Assembly (NCBI GenBank): GCA_002633005.1
Contig: NMRA01000159.1
Span: forward strand, 577,520-641,519
DNA length: 64,000 bases
Origin: Phoronis australis
Lineage: Eukaryota; Animalia; Phoronida
Reading direction: 5' to 3'
Below are positions 63,633 through 64,000 of this stretch, piece after piece. A program made the translations under genes and the position numbers. The notes under the pieces were generated by a model, which had not been told where the DNA came from, searched no databases, and was given only the letters and a program-made list of their open reading frames with translations. Position 1 is the stretch's first letter. Every line of letters starts with the position of its first letter.

Positions 63633-64000
63633 GGGGGCAGCCATATTGAAGTAACTAAGCACAACAATACAATCTGACTCTCTGATTGGTCAATTTATTA
63701 GAAAAGCGCCATCAAGTGGCAGGAATGTGCATCATATTTTGTGCAACAAAAACACCTTTTTTAAATAAAATGTGCAAGTGTAGACGTGGGAACTTTTTGG
63801 AATTTGATTTATAGGTATATTATCTAGCCACATAGAAAAACTAGGTTGCCCCCCGAAAGTACTCACAAGGATGAACGCTATGAGATCTGGCCCACCGACT
63901 AAATAGTGAAATTTCCATGCATCCTGGTAAGTTTCTGGCACTTAACATGTCTCTGGAGTTTTTCGTAAGATAATTTAAAACCTTCTCGATTTTGTCACAT

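Overview
AT-rich, intron-rich eukaryotic (invertebrate animal-like) genomic DNA with two divergently transcribed genes. (1) Minus strand: a MEGF8 orthologue. I hand-spliced 28 coding exons from 46389 down to 9186; all splice phases match, giving about 2175 codons (signal peptide, CUB, EGF, Kelch, PSI, EGF/laminin-EGF, CUB, EGF, Kelch, PSI, EGF). The expected C-terminal EGF, TM and cytoplasmic exons are not in the window. (2) Plus strand: a complete 4-exon SELENOF (Sep15) selenoprotein gene (51339-55985, 153 aa) with an in-frame UGA-Sec codon (54843-54845) and a type II SECIS in the 3' UTR (about 56797-56859). The rest is intron or intergenic DNA with MITEs (one with a perfect 8-bp TSD), fold-back elements, SINE-like fragments, minisatellites, a decayed Academ-like transposase near the right end, and a 610-nt N gap. 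The most interesting unexplained signal is an orphan, phase-compatible exon (2269-2397, minus) encoding a signal-peptide/TM-like segment inside the long distal MEGF8 intron. All calls come from manual reading; no database searches were run.
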